Virus record (IMG/VR): IMGVR_UViG_3300033145_000528
Location: 1-52,485 of that record
Length of the DNA: 52,485 bases
Source: a virus
Lineage: Duplodnaviria > Caudoviricetes
Reading direction: 5' to 3' (one strand)
Shown here: positions 8,279 through 17,688 of the stretch, piece by piece
Position numbering within the stretch: the stretch's first letter is position 1
Layout: each line of letters begins with the position of its first letter
Translations under genes and position numbers: made by a program
Notes under the pieces: model-generated
What the model was told of the DNA's origin: nothing
What the model saw: the letters and a program-made list of their open reading frames with translations, nothing else
Databases searched by the model: none

Positions 8279-9544
8279 ATGAATATGCCTACAGTATTCG
8301 CCAACTTCATCGAAAAAGCCCACCACACAAAACAATATAAAGTTCTCGCTGACGAGGCTAATTTACTTACTCGCCAAGTTCGTATTCTTCAGGATGAAAT
8401 TCAGGCATCTACCGACATAACCACTAACACCAATATTACATTAAACAAACATTACACATCTTACGATAGCCAAGTTACTCAACTCGGCAAGCTCTATGAT
8501 AATATTGCTGATTGGGGATGTATGGTAACTAAGAACATCATTGATATACGTACTGCGTTTGCAGTAGGTAATGGGATTGATGTTAAGAAACGGGACGAAT
8601 TTAGAGGGTCGGCGGAAAGGGAACTGGAGTGGGTAACAGAATTTATGCGGTATAACAACCTCGACGAGGAGATGCCGCAGGAATACGCCAAGGAAGCCGA
8701 GATAGAGGGTAAGGTATTGCTGAGGTTCTTGGTGGACGAGGAAGCTAAAAATGTCCGTATTGTCCATGTACCTTGGAGACAATTCAAATACAAAATATAC
8801 ACGCCTCCTTTTGATTTCTTTGACTATACAAGGGCTGAATATATTGGTAGTGGTGAGGCTGGTATAAAATTTGACTTGAAGCCTGAGTGGTTTGTATATA
8901 AGCGATTTGGTGGGAGTGCGAGTAAAGTAAACGAAACACCCCCAAAAACTGCTTTTATCTTGCGTGAGATAGAGGACTTGGATAAGGCGATTTGGGACTG
9001 GCGTAAAATAAACAAACTATTTTCAGTACCCACACCCGTAATTTATTGCCCTGACAAGCGAACAGCCGGAGAAGTAAATACGCGGCTTGAGGCCATTAAT
9101 TGGCGTTTGGGTAAATTGTTAATACTTGGCGGGCTCAATGTAAAATTTGAGCTTGTAGGATGGAAAGGTGATGGATATACCACGCTTAAAGAGGAGACGC
9201 AAGCTCTCGTCAAGACTATATCTGGCACTACTGGCATACCTGTCCATTTCTTTGGGTATCCAGAACTTTTATCAAATCGTGATACTGCCGAGAATTTATC
9301 CGAATTAATAGCTTTGTCTACAAGTAAAGAACGGCGCACATGGATAGGCACATATGAAGAGGTATTCCAGAAAGCTATGGTGATATATAATACAGCGTTT
9401 GAGACTAATCTCAATCCTATGGCTATCGATGCCACTATCAAAGAAACCAACATGGGTAAGGAAAATGAAACAGTATCTAACAGCAACAGTACAAGCACTG
9501 AACAGGAATCAAATAGAGGGAATAATAGACCCTCTGAGACTTGA
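8279..9544 (+). CDS. Portal protein
   Basis: Size and position between TerL and protease/scaffold; TGIPVHFFG..SNR.TAE pattern. Confidence 0.75.
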   Translation: MNMPTVFANFIEKAHHTKQYKVLADEANLLTRQVRILQDEIQASTDITTNTNITLNKHYTSYDSQVTQLGKLYDNIADWGCMVTKNIIDIRTAFAVGNGIDVKKRDEFRGSAERELEWVTEFMRYNNLDEEMPQEYAKEAEIEGKVLLRFLVDEEAKNVRIVHVPWRQFKYKIYTPPFDFFDYTRAEYIGSGEAGIKFDLKPEWFVYKRFGGSASKVNETPPKTAFILREIEDLDKAIWDWRKINKLFSVPTPVIYCPDKRTAGEVNTRLEAINWRLGKLLILGGLNVKFELVGWKGDGYTTLKEETQALVKTISGTTGIPVHFFGYPELLSNRDTAENLSELIALSTSKERRTWIGTYEEVFQKAMVIYNTAFETNLNPMAIDATIKETNMGKENETVSNSNSTSTEQESNRGNNRPSET

Positions 9545-10688
9545 GCAGTTAAAAGCTAAAGACCCCAATCCCGACATTAGAGTATATAGTGTGGGGCATG
9601 AGGGTGCAGCCAATCTGCACTTGCCTGGCATTGGCAAGAAAACATTTACATGGATACAGGCAGCCGTTCAATGGGTGGCGGATAAGCTTAATATCGGGAC
9701 TGCTGTATTCAATCAACATGACCCTAATACAAACGCCCATAAAGGGCGTATACAAATAGGTGAAGTCGTTGGCAAAGCCGTGAGGCATATAGGCGGCCGT
9801 CTTAACACACTCGCAGCCATCTATATCAAACCAGAGTTTAAGTCCAGACCCTTAGACGTGGCAAGTATAGAAGCAGACATTGAGTATGCACAGGACGGAT
9901 CTCAGGCATGGCCGACTGCTATCAATAACGTGTCGGGAGTGGCATTAGGTACTTCTGGCATTGACATCCCTGGATTTCCAGGTGCAACCCTTCTTGGCGC
10001 AGTACAGGCTTATGTGCAAGCGTTTGGAAGTGAACTAAAGGAGAAACCAATGAACTTGTCCGAAGTGAAACAAGCAGTGAAGGAGTTAGGTCTGAATCCA
10101 TCGCAGATATTTGATGTCAGCGATATTTTGTTAGATTCAAAGGTTGAGGAAAAGGTCAGAGAAGGAAAAACTAATCTTCAGAAGGGTGCGGAGCGTATCC
10201 AGAAAGAGATTGACAGTGCAAGGGACAAAATTGCGAAATTGGAGAACGAAAAGGCAGACTCAGACAAAAAGCTGCAACAATTCCAAATGCAATCCAAGAG
10301 TAGCACACTTATTGATACCTTGCTTGTTGACAAAGAACTCGATGATAAAGCAAAGGCATTTGTCAAACGCAATCTCAAGAATTTCAATACCACTGCCACC
10401 GATGAAGATGAATTGAAATCCGAGCTTAATAAATTTGTAGAAACCACTAGCAAAGAATATCAAGAATTAGCAAAAGACGTATTCGGGGTAGACATGACTA
10501 AAACCGAAGACCCCAACCAGTTTAAGCTGCCTGATGAATTTACAGTTGGTGGGCAGAAACAGATTAATACCAATTCCCAGACTCAAATTCCTGCCACTCG
10601 TGAGGGTGTGTTACGAACCGAAATGAACCCAGATGTCAACCCTTTAATTCCCGGTGGGAAAGCTGCTCAAGAAGCGCTGAGGACGTAA
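9465..10688 (+). CDS. Prohead protease/scaffold protein
   Basis: N-terminal domain with H, SIE and GVAL..PG patterns, then a long coiled coil; RBS AAGGA before ATG 9465. Confidence 0.7.
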   Translation: MKQYLTATVQALNRNQIEGIIDPLRLEQLKAKDPNPDIRVYSVGHEGAANLHLPGIGKKTFTWIQAAVQWVADKLNIGTAVFNQHDPNTNAHKGRIQIGEVVGKAVRHIGGRLNTLAAIYIKPEFKSRPLDVASIEADIEYAQDGSQAWPTAINNVSGVALGTSGIDIPGFPGATLLGAVQAYVQAFGSELKEKPMNLSEVKQAVKELGLNPSQIFDVSDILLDSKVEEKVREGKTNLQKGAERIQKEIDSARDKIAKLENEKADSDKKLQQFQMQSKSSTLIDTLLVDKELDDKAKAFVKRNLKNFNTTATDEDELKSELNKFVETTSKEYQELAKDVFGVDMTKTEDPNQFKLPDEFTVGGQKQINTNSQTQIPATREGVLRTEMNPDVNPLIPGGKAAQEALRT

Positions 10689-10704
10689 ATAAGGGAAAGC
10701 TATT

Positions 10705-11091
10705 ATGGCTAAAACATTATTTAAGTTACATTCGTCCACATTCAATGATCCCTATGCAGTACTGGAGTTTACTGCTGCTACTGATTATACAGCAGGAGAT
10801 ATGATAGCTCTGGAGGATATTGTAGGGGTTATTGTAAACACAGTAAGTTCTGGTGGCCAGGCTGTACTTGTTTATGAGGCTGCGTGGATTGATGTTCCGT
10901 GTGCGGAAGTAACGTCAGGTAATCTCGCAAATTACGCCGAAGGGTGTAAAGTGTATTTCGATGCCGCTGATGAAGAGGTTAATACCGATTCCAGTGGTAA
11001 TACACTATGCGGAATCGTAAAGGTCCAACCCGCAGTAGGGGATGAGACCGTTGAAATTCATCTCATGGGTGCCCTCGGCATCGTATCCTAA
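10705..11091 (+). CDS. Head decoration/capsid cement protein (DUF2190-like)
   Basis: TA..DYTAGD, G.KVYFD and N.LCG pattern; precedes the capsid gene. Confidence 0.75.
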   Translation: MAKTLFKLHSSTFNDPYAVLEFTAATDYTAGDMIALEDIVGVIVNTVSSGGQAVLVYEAAWIDVPCAEVTSGNLANYAEGCKVYFDAADEEVNTDSSGNTLCGIVKVQPAVGDETVEIHLMGALGIVS

Positions 11092-11102
11092 AGGAGAGTG
11101 TA

Positions 11103-12155
11103 ATGAGAGGCAAAATTATCTCTGATTGGGCGCTTGTCGAGAAAATGGGTGGTATTGATAACCCTAAAGTATCCCATGCGCTTAGAGGGGCGTTAAACCG
11201 CTTCCTCGTAGAACCTAACAGTACACCATACAAGGCTGCGGCACAGGCATTCGCGAATACAGGTGATGTGAATACCGCACGGTCAGCCCTCATCCAGGCT
11301 TTCGGCACATCAGGTGATTTTCCCACCAGTGTGCTTGAGGTTTTGGATAAATATCGTCTCACTACCTATTTTGACACCGGTTACGAGCAAATATTTGACA
11401 TGATGGACATGAGAGGGTCGAATCGTAATGGATTTGATATTCTTGATGTTGATTCTGGTCTTACGTTTGCTAAAGTACCCGTAGGTCAAAAAGCCCAAAT
11501 ATACAAGATGTCTGGCACAAAAGCACATGTCACTCTTGATCAGTATGGTGGTGGGCTTGGTTGGTCGAGACTTTTGTTCGATGATAAGGAATATTGGACT
11601 ATTGAGGATAATGCTATATTCTTTAGGAATAAAGCGTACAGCTCCAAAGCTCAAAATTTCTATACTTTACTCGATAATGTAGACGCAACCTATGACCTTG
11701 CGTGGCAGGCTGTAACTGGTTCTATACCCGATACCAATGAAAATTATGTGCCTATCCGTGATATTAACACAATCAACAAAGCGTGTGAGAATATCTTGAT
11801 ACGGCTCAAAGACCTTGGTATGGGCATAACACCTGCAAGCGAATTTATCATACTTACTCCTATCCAGCTTGTCGGCAGAATACGGAGAGCATTGGGTATG
11901 GTGCAACAACCATTTGCAGGCAGTACCACGCAATTGAACTACAATGTTAGACCAATATACACTATGATGACGGAATCCAGCACCGAATACTATGTGGTAT
12001 TCCCCAAGCACAAAATCAAAGGGGCTATCCGTCAGGATTTGACTATATTCAGTGACTTTGACATTGAGTCTTACACTGATATAGCAGTCGGCTGGCAACG
12101 TTATGGTGGTGCAATTGGTGAAACTAAACAAATCGTGCGTTGCTCAACATCTTAA
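11103..12155 (+). CDS. Major capsid protein
   Basis: 350 aa; TSGDFP and YG.GLG.SR..FDD patterns; position after scaffold and decoration genes. Confidence 0.8.
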   Translation: MRGKIISDWALVEKMGGIDNPKVSHALRGALNRFLVEPNSTPYKAAAQAFANTGDVNTARSALIQAFGTSGDFPTSVLEVLDKYRLTTYFDTGYEQIFDMMDMRGSNRNGFDILDVDSGLTFAKVPVGQKAQIYKMSGTKAHVTLDQYGGGLGWSRLLFDDKEYWTIEDNAIFFRNKAYSSKAQNFYTLLDNVDATYDLAWQAVTGSIPDTNENYVPIRDINTINKACENILIRLKDLGMGITPASEFIILTPIQLVGRIRRALGMVQQPFAGSTTQLNYNVRPIYTMMTESSTEYYVVFPKHKIKGAIRQDLTIFSDFDIESYTDIAVGWQRYGGAIGETKQIVRCSTS

Positions 12156-12180
12156 TTACCATCCCAGCAACGTCGCCCGG

Positions 12181-12212
12181 TGGGGGAGTGTTCCCAGGCA
12201 TTCCCCCATTAA
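12181..12212 (+). terminator. Stem-loop after the capsid gene (weak terminator or mRNA stabiliser)
   Basis: TGGGGGAGTGT..GCATTCCCCCA hairpin with only a short T tail. Confidence 0.5.
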
Positions 12213-12227
12213 ATAAATAGGCAAGAC

Positions 12228-14645
12228 ATGTTAAGAATGACTGATATACCAAAGAAGAGACGAATATTGACACCCAAAGAAGAGGCTATCAAAAATGAGG
12301 CGCAGTCCAAGAAAACATTAGTCACTATGAGCAGTTTGCCCAAAAAACCACGAGGTAGAGTACCGTTAAATCAACAGGTGTTCGTAGTGCCCACGCCATC
12401 CAAGATCCTCAGCATGAGTGATTTGACTAAACGCAGAAAACTCTTACGACATATAGAAAGACAAGCAAGAAAGAACCGTGCAAATACACATAGTTATGGT
12501 GCGGTTACCATGGGTCCAAAAATATTTGCCGATTATGTTTCTAATGGCGCATGGAAAGGCAGAAGATGTTTTATTGTTGGGGGAGGTCCAAGTATTAAAA
12601 ATCTGGACTTGAGTTTATTGAAAAGCGAGTTAACAATCGGCATTAACAGGGCATATGAGTTATTAGATCCGAGTATACTGTTTGGAGTGGATGGTCAGAT
12701 GTGGGGATGGGTAGAACAAGGCAAATTTGGTGAGGAATCCAAGCGTAAATTTAGGGAATATAAGGGATACAAAGTCTGGATGGCGTTGCATAAGATGTTC
12801 CCATCGGACTTTTATCTTATAGAGGTGGATGACAATGCAGGATATAGGATAGGGACAACTAACAGGTTAGCATTCAAGAACAACGGCGGATACGGAGCAA
12901 TTAATTTGGCAGCAGCGTTAGGAGCCAATCCCATATATTTACTTGGCTATGATATGCGGGGTACCAAGCAGGGTAAACAGAAATGGTGGCATGACGGGTA
13001 TCCAGTCGATTATGGCGAGGATGTGTATAAAGGATATATTAAAGAAATAAACAATTTCGCGCCAATATTGAGAAAAGCAGGGTTCGAGGTTGTTAATCTT
13101 AACCCTAAATCAGCTTTGAAATGTTTTACATTTGGTAAATATAGTGAAGTTGTGAAGAAGAAACCCGTTATACCAGTGGATGCTATACAATCAATGGAAA
13201 GACCCGGCACGATTACAGCTATTACACCCACAGGGGATAGACCATTGGCATTCGCACTTTGTAAACACTGGATGGAAATGCAAACACAGAGGCCTGACCA
13301 ATGGATAGTTGTGGACGACGGGAAGGTGCCATTGAAGCCATCCCCCATGATGGACTATATACGGCGAGTACCAACATCACGAGATCCAAAGCATACATTA
13401 AGTGTTAATTTAAAGACCGCTTTGCCTCATATTAAGGGGAGTAAAGTACTGATTATGGAGGATGACGAGTATTATGCACCAAACTACATAGAAGCTATGG
13501 CAAAAGAGCTGGACACCTCTGAAGTGGTTGGGATAATGCAGGCAAAATATTACCATTTGCCGTCAGGCGGGTATGTGCAGATTGGCAACACAGCACATGC
13601 TTCCCTTGCCCAGACTGGGTTTAAAAACTCGTTCGTGCCGAAGTTACGTCAAATAATCGACCATGACAAGAATATCGACTATATAGATATGCAAATGTGG
13701 TATAAGTCTATGGCGGAGCATAAAGCCCATTTGTTTTCGGATAAGCAGAAATCCTTGTACGTCGGGATAAAAGGAATGCCAGGCAGGAAAGGTATAGGAC
13801 AAGGACACAACCCAAAATTGTATGGTAAGCACATTGACAGCGATAGAAAAGTGTTGAGAGAATGGATGCCAAATGATTATAAGGTGTATTTGGATGTGCT
13901 TAACGGCAAACTTAATGATACGAATTGTGCCACATACTTTCCGCAAATAACTGGGATAACAGTTTGCTGCAATACCAAAGACCTCATACAGAGGTCGTAT
14001 GAGTCGATAAGAAAATTTCATCCAGATATGCCCATAATCATAGTTGACGGGTCTAACACAAACAACCCATGCGCAAAATATGTAATGAGCTTAAAATCCG
14101 ATATTACGACCGTGATACAAACCAGATATAACATAGGGCATGGAAGGGGCATGTGCTTGGGTATAGATCACGCCAGAACACCATATGCGTTGATATTTGA
14201 TAGTGATATTGAATTGTTAAAGTCCCCTGTAAATGATATGATGGCTGAGATGGAGCCCGATACATTCGGGATAGGCTACATAGAGCACACTGATTTTGAT
14301 GGATATGGCATCGGAGCCAGGGTAGGTCATATAGGGGAGGATATGCCCTACCTACATCCATATTTCCAATTGATTTGCATCGCTAGTTATCGTAAATATC
14401 ATCCATATGTACATCATGGGGCACCATGTTATCTTACCATGCTCGATATTTACAAGCGGGGACTGTCGGATAAGGTGTTGAAAAGTTTTCCCGGGTTGGG
14501 CCACAGCGCTGGAAAAGATTATGGATGGGAGGGTAAACCAAGAAAGTATGTACGCCACGATGTGAGAGGGACAAGAAATGAACGTAAGAAACGTGGATTG
14601 CAGGAAATAGAGGGAAATTGGGTAAAAAATAAAGGATTGATATGA
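12228..14645 (+). CDS. Three-domain glycosyltransferase: Maf/DUF115-like domain plus two GT-A (GT2-like) domains
   Basis: CFIVGGGPSI..IGINRAY..AINLAAALGANPIYLLGYDM; ITPTGDRP..IVVDDG..IMEDDEYY; ITVCCN..IVDGS..GHGRG..IFDSD. Confidence 0.85.
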   Translation: MLRMTDIPKKRRILTPKEEAIKNEAQSKKTLVTMSSLPKKPRGRVPLNQQVFVVPTPSKILSMSDLTKRRKLLRHIERQARKNRANTHSYGAVTMGPKIFADYVSNGAWKGRRCFIVGGGPSIKNLDLSLLKSELTIGINRAYELLDPSILFGVDGQMWGWVEQGKFGEESKRKFREYKGYKVWMALHKMFPSDFYLIEVDDNAGYRIGTTNRLAFKNNGGYGAINLAAALGANPIYLLGYDMRGTKQGKQKWWHDGYPVDYGEDVYKGYIKEINNFAPILRKAGFEVVNLNPKSALKCFTFGKYSEVVKKKPVIPVDAIQSMERPGTITAITPTGDRPLAFALCKHWMEMQTQRPDQWIVVDDGKVPLKPSPMMDYIRRVPTSRDPKHTLSVNLKTALPHIKGSKVLIMEDDEYYAPNYIEAMAKELDTSEVVGIMQAKYYHLPSGGYVQIGNTAHASLAQTGFKNSFVPKLRQIIDHDKNIDYIDMQMWYKSMAEHKAHLFSDKQKSLYVGIKGMPGRKGIGQGHNPKLYGKHIDSDRKVLREWMPNDYKVYLDVLNGKLNDTNCATYFPQITGITVCCNTKDLIQRSYESIRKFHPDMPIIIVDGSNTNNPCAKYVMSLKSDITTVIQTRYNIGHGRGMCLGIDHARTPYALIFDSDIELLKSPVNDMMAEMEPDTFGIGYIEHTDFDGYGIGARVGHIGEDMPYLHPYFQLICIASYRKYHPYVHHGAPCYLTMLDIYKRGLSDKVLKSFPGLGHSAGKDYGWEGKPRKYVRHDVRGTRNERKKRGLQEIEGNWVKNKGLI

Positions 14646-15226
14646 AAACGCTATGTATTGTAACAAGATGCCACCCTAAAAGACCAAATATGCTAAAAAT
14701 ATGTGTCGGTTCTGTTAAAAGGCAAACAGGCAACGATTATACCCATTTATTGGTGAAATCAGACAAAACTGAGAATGGGTATGGGGTGGCTAAGGCAAAT
14801 GAAGCTATAAGCACCATTAAAATAAAGGACGCTAAGTACGTTATGGTGCTTGATGATGATGACTTTTTTATAGATTACACTTTTGTAGATACTCTTAAGA
14901 AAATAGCCGATAAATCAGCACCAGATATTGTAATGTTTAAGGGCGTTATACCGCCATACGGTATATTGCCTCAGGGTGAATACTGGAAGAAACCACCAGT
15001 GAGGGGGAAAATAGGGTCATTTTGTTTCGCAGTGAGTATGGAGTTGTGGAATAAGTATGTAGAGTTTTGGCGTCCGAGTGATGGCTATGTTGCTATGAGC
15101 GATTTTACGTTTATCAGGGAATGTTACAAGAATACAGAAAGCATAACGTGGATGGATAAAGTAGTAGCGTGTACGCAATTTGGAGCAAGTAGGGGGAGAG
15201 GCGAATGTCAAATTGCTCAGTCGTAA
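14642..15226 (+). CDS. GT-A glycosyltransferase
   Basis: IVTRCHPKRP..SVKRQT..YVMVLDDDD (DxD) and SDF.FI. Confidence 0.8.
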   Translation: MKTLCIVTRCHPKRPNMLKICVGSVKRQTGNDYTHLLVKSDKTENGYGVAKANEAISTIKIKDAKYVMVLDDDDFFIDYTFVDTLKKIADKSAPDIVMFKGVIPPYGILPQGEYWKKPPVRGKIGSFCFAVSMELWNKYVEFWRPSDGYVAMSDFTFIRECYKNTESITWMDKVVACTQFGASRGRGECQIAQS

Positions 15227-15846
15227 TACCTACATATAGGCGATTAGGTACGCTTGAAGAGGTACTAAAAGGGTGGTTGGAGCAAACCGATGATGTATGG
15301 TTGGCGGATTCGTCCAATAAGTTTGAGACCAGTTTGCCCATCAATCATGTGAGATTTAATCCCGACCCTGGTAATATGAATAGACATGCAATAGCGTTAT
15401 TGACTCACGGAGATTTTGTCATTAAGGCGGATGATGATGTCGTGCCATTGCCAGGACTTGGCGAGGATTTAGTAGCTGGGTCTGTTAAGAACGATGGGAT
15501 AGTTGGTATACATGGCAGGACATTTAAGGGTGAGAATTACTACGGCGATACGGTATGCTATTCAGCGGCGAAGATTGATAAGCCGATTAAGGTGGATTTT
15601 GTTGGTATTATAACATGCTCACCCAGAAAATATCTGGCATTTGATTTGAAGGGGTGCCTGACGCCAATTGAGGATGTATTCTGGCAAATGGGGGCATTCC
15701 CGAATGTGAATAAGTACGTGGTGCCTACCCGAAATTATCGGCAATTACTCACGTCAGAAGACAATAATTGCTTGTTCTATAACAAGAAGGCACGCAAACA
15801 GCGTATGAGGTATTGTCGTGAATGGTACAGGAGTATGCACAGATGA
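15205..15846 (+). CDS. GT-A glycosyltransferase (GT2/GT64-like)
   Basis: SVVIPTYRR, NRH..T..FVIKADDD, IEDVF. Confidence 0.8.
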   Translation: MSNCSVVIPTYRRLGTLEEVLKGWLEQTDDVWLADSSNKFETSLPINHVRFNPDPGNMNRHAIALLTHGDFVIKADDDVVPLPGLGEDLVAGSVKNDGIVGIHGRTFKGENYYGDTVCYSAAKIDKPIKVDFVGIITCSPRKYLAFDLKGCLTPIEDVFWQMGAFPNVNKYVVPTRNYRQLLTSEDNNCLFYNKKARKQRMRYCREWYRSMHR

Positions 15847-16376
15847 CAGCAGAAGAATACATAACACAGCATTGGATACCAAATAGGACTTGGGAACATC
15901 TTGGGTGGGCAAAACATCAGAAAAGGCTAAGACTGTGTACCGAGCCGTTAATAGGTACTACATTCGCTGATGTCGGTTGTGCGTGTGGGCACTCCACCAA
16001 GATAATGCAAGGATTTAAGAACGGAACATGGCATGGGGTAGACTTCTCGGAAACTGCCATAAAAATGGCAAGGGAATTGTTCCCCGAACTGACATTTTCT
16101 GTGGGACTTGATGGGGCGATATTTGATTCAATAGTCTGTTCTGAAGTTATTGAGCATGTGGAGGATAATGAAGCGTTTATAGGTTCTTTGATAAAAGCAA
16201 CAAAACATGTCCTACTATTAACCACACCGGCAACCAATGTTGACGATCCTGGACACCTGAGGTTGTATAATTTGGGTATGCTAACCGAATTAGTACAAAA
16301 ATACGGGGATTTCAATATTAGGACTGAGGATGGGTATTATTACATCATTGTTAGGAAGGATGAGCAAAATGGTTAA
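15843..16376 (+). CDS. Class I SAM-dependent methyltransferase
   Basis: DVGCACG, GVDFS, FDSIVCSEVIEHV, LTTP, H.RLY. Confidence 0.88.
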   Translation: MTAEEYITQHWIPNRTWEHLGWAKHQKRLRLCTEPLIGTTFADVGCACGHSTKIMQGFKNGTWHGVDFSETAIKMARELFPELTFSVGLDGAIFDSIVCSEVIEHVEDNEAFIGSLIKATKHVLLLTTPATNVDDPGHLRLYNLGMLTELVQKYGDFNIRTEDGYYYIIVRKDEQNG

Positions 16377-16911
16377 TCGTAATGCCAAGAAATTATTGTT
16401 TGCAGTAGCGGACGCCTGCGAAGAGGTAGGATTGGACTATTTCCTTTATGGGGGCACATGTCTGGGCGCAGTAAGGGAAAAGCGATTTATAAAAATAGAT
16501 AGGGATGTGGATTTCGCCTGCCTATTAGAAGACCTCGCACCGGTTGTGCTTGAATTGAACAAAATACTAATGAAAGCAGGGCTGGATACTGAAATTGTTG
16601 ACCATCGTCATTTTGCTAAATGGGATGGGAGCGTGTATGCTATGAAGTTTGCGGGATTTGGGGAACACGGGGAGATAGCCGCATTCAAACGGCACGGGGA
16701 TAAGCGTGTTATACCATCACATGCGGATAAATACTGGTTGGTGCATAATGCACGTTTCCTTGAGGAACTCAGAACTATAAAATTTTATGGGCGCGCATTC
16801 CATGTTCCTAAGGATACAGATGGGTTCTTGACTGAGAAGTATGGGGATTGGAGAACGCCGCATACGAAATTTTATAACGTATCAAAATGTAGAATGGATA
16901 AACTACCGTGA
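16369..16911 (+). CDS. licD: LicD-family phosphotransferase
   Basis: YFLYGGTCLGAVRE..FI..DRDVD and F.G..F.VP...FL..KYGDWRTP. Confidence 0.88.
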   Translation: MVNRNAKKLLFAVADACEEVGLDYFLYGGTCLGAVREKRFIKIDRDVDFACLLEDLAPVVLELNKILMKAGLDTEIVDHRHFAKWDGSVYAMKFAGFGEHGEIAAFKRHGDKRVIPSHADKYWLVHNARFLEELRTIKFYGRAFHVPKDTDGFLTEKYGDWRTPHTKFYNVSKCRMDKLP

Positions 16912-17345
16912 TATTTGGTTATACTGCAGGTGCATACGACCTATTTCATGTTGGTCACTTGAATATATTACGTACTGCCAAATCCATGTGTGACAGACTG
17001 ATAGTGGCGGTATCAACGGATGAGCTGGTAGAATTATATAAAGGGCATAAGCCAATTATACCATTTAAACAAAGGCTTGAAATAGTCAGGGGTATATGGT
17101 ATGTGGATAGTGTCGTACGCAGGAATGAACGGAACATATACAAGGAATGGACAAGAATACATTTCAATAAAGTATTTGTGGGGGATGATTGGGCGGATGA
17201 TAAGCAGTGGAATGAATGGGAAATGCAGCTTAAAGAGTATAGTGTGGATATTGTCTATTTACCCAGAACACCTGATATATCAACTACTACGATTATCCAA
17301 ACTATACTTCAACACAAGCGAAAACACCATAAGGTAAGGAGATAA
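16908..17345 (+). CDS. Glycerol-3-phosphate cytidylyltransferase-like protein (TagD family)
   Basis: YTAGAYDLFHVGH, VAVSTDE, VGDDW, YLPRTPDISTT. Confidence 0.9.
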   Translation: MIFGYTAGAYDLFHVGHLNILRTAKSMCDRLIVAVSTDELVELYKGHKPIIPFKQRLEIVRGIWYVDSVVRRNERNIYKEWTRIHFNKVFVGDDWADDKQWNEWEMQLKEYSVDIVYLPRTPDISTTTIIQTILQHKRKHHKVRR

Positions 17346-17348
17346 ATA

Positions 17349-17615
17349 ATGGCAGTTAAGACAAAACTTGACCAAGCATGGAATACGAATGAGGTAATAG
17401 CTAATGTGTTTGAGGTAAGGGCACAGGCGGAGAATGTATATAATGTGCTTCAGGAGTCTATTGCAAGGATTAATGAAATTACAGCGGGTGCAAGCTTCAG
17501 TGATGTAGATGATGAGATTAAAAGTGAAGGTCGGGATATTATACAAATCTTGAATCAGGCAAAACAGGCATTTGACGGACATGCCGAATTTCTTGCATGG
17601 AGGCAGCCAAAATGA
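17349..17615 (+). CDS. Hypothetical helical protein
   Basis: RBS AAGGAG; 88-aa ORF. Confidence 0.65.
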   Translation: MAVKTKLDQAWNTNEVIANVFEVRAQAENVYNVLQESIARINEITAGASFSDVDDEIKSEGRDIIQILNQAKQAFDGHAEFLAWRQPK

Positions 17616-17688
17616 TATGGATAATACTACTTGTATATTTAATAGTAACTTTATTCTTTTGGTCGCTTTGTGTAGTAGCAAAGGATGA

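Noticed and set aside
4722-9544. Long gene overlaps (TerS/TerL, portal/protease) as recoding signals
   Set aside because: The upstream tails are low-complexity run-ons and each downstream gene has its own RBS; no slippery site or alternative code is needed.
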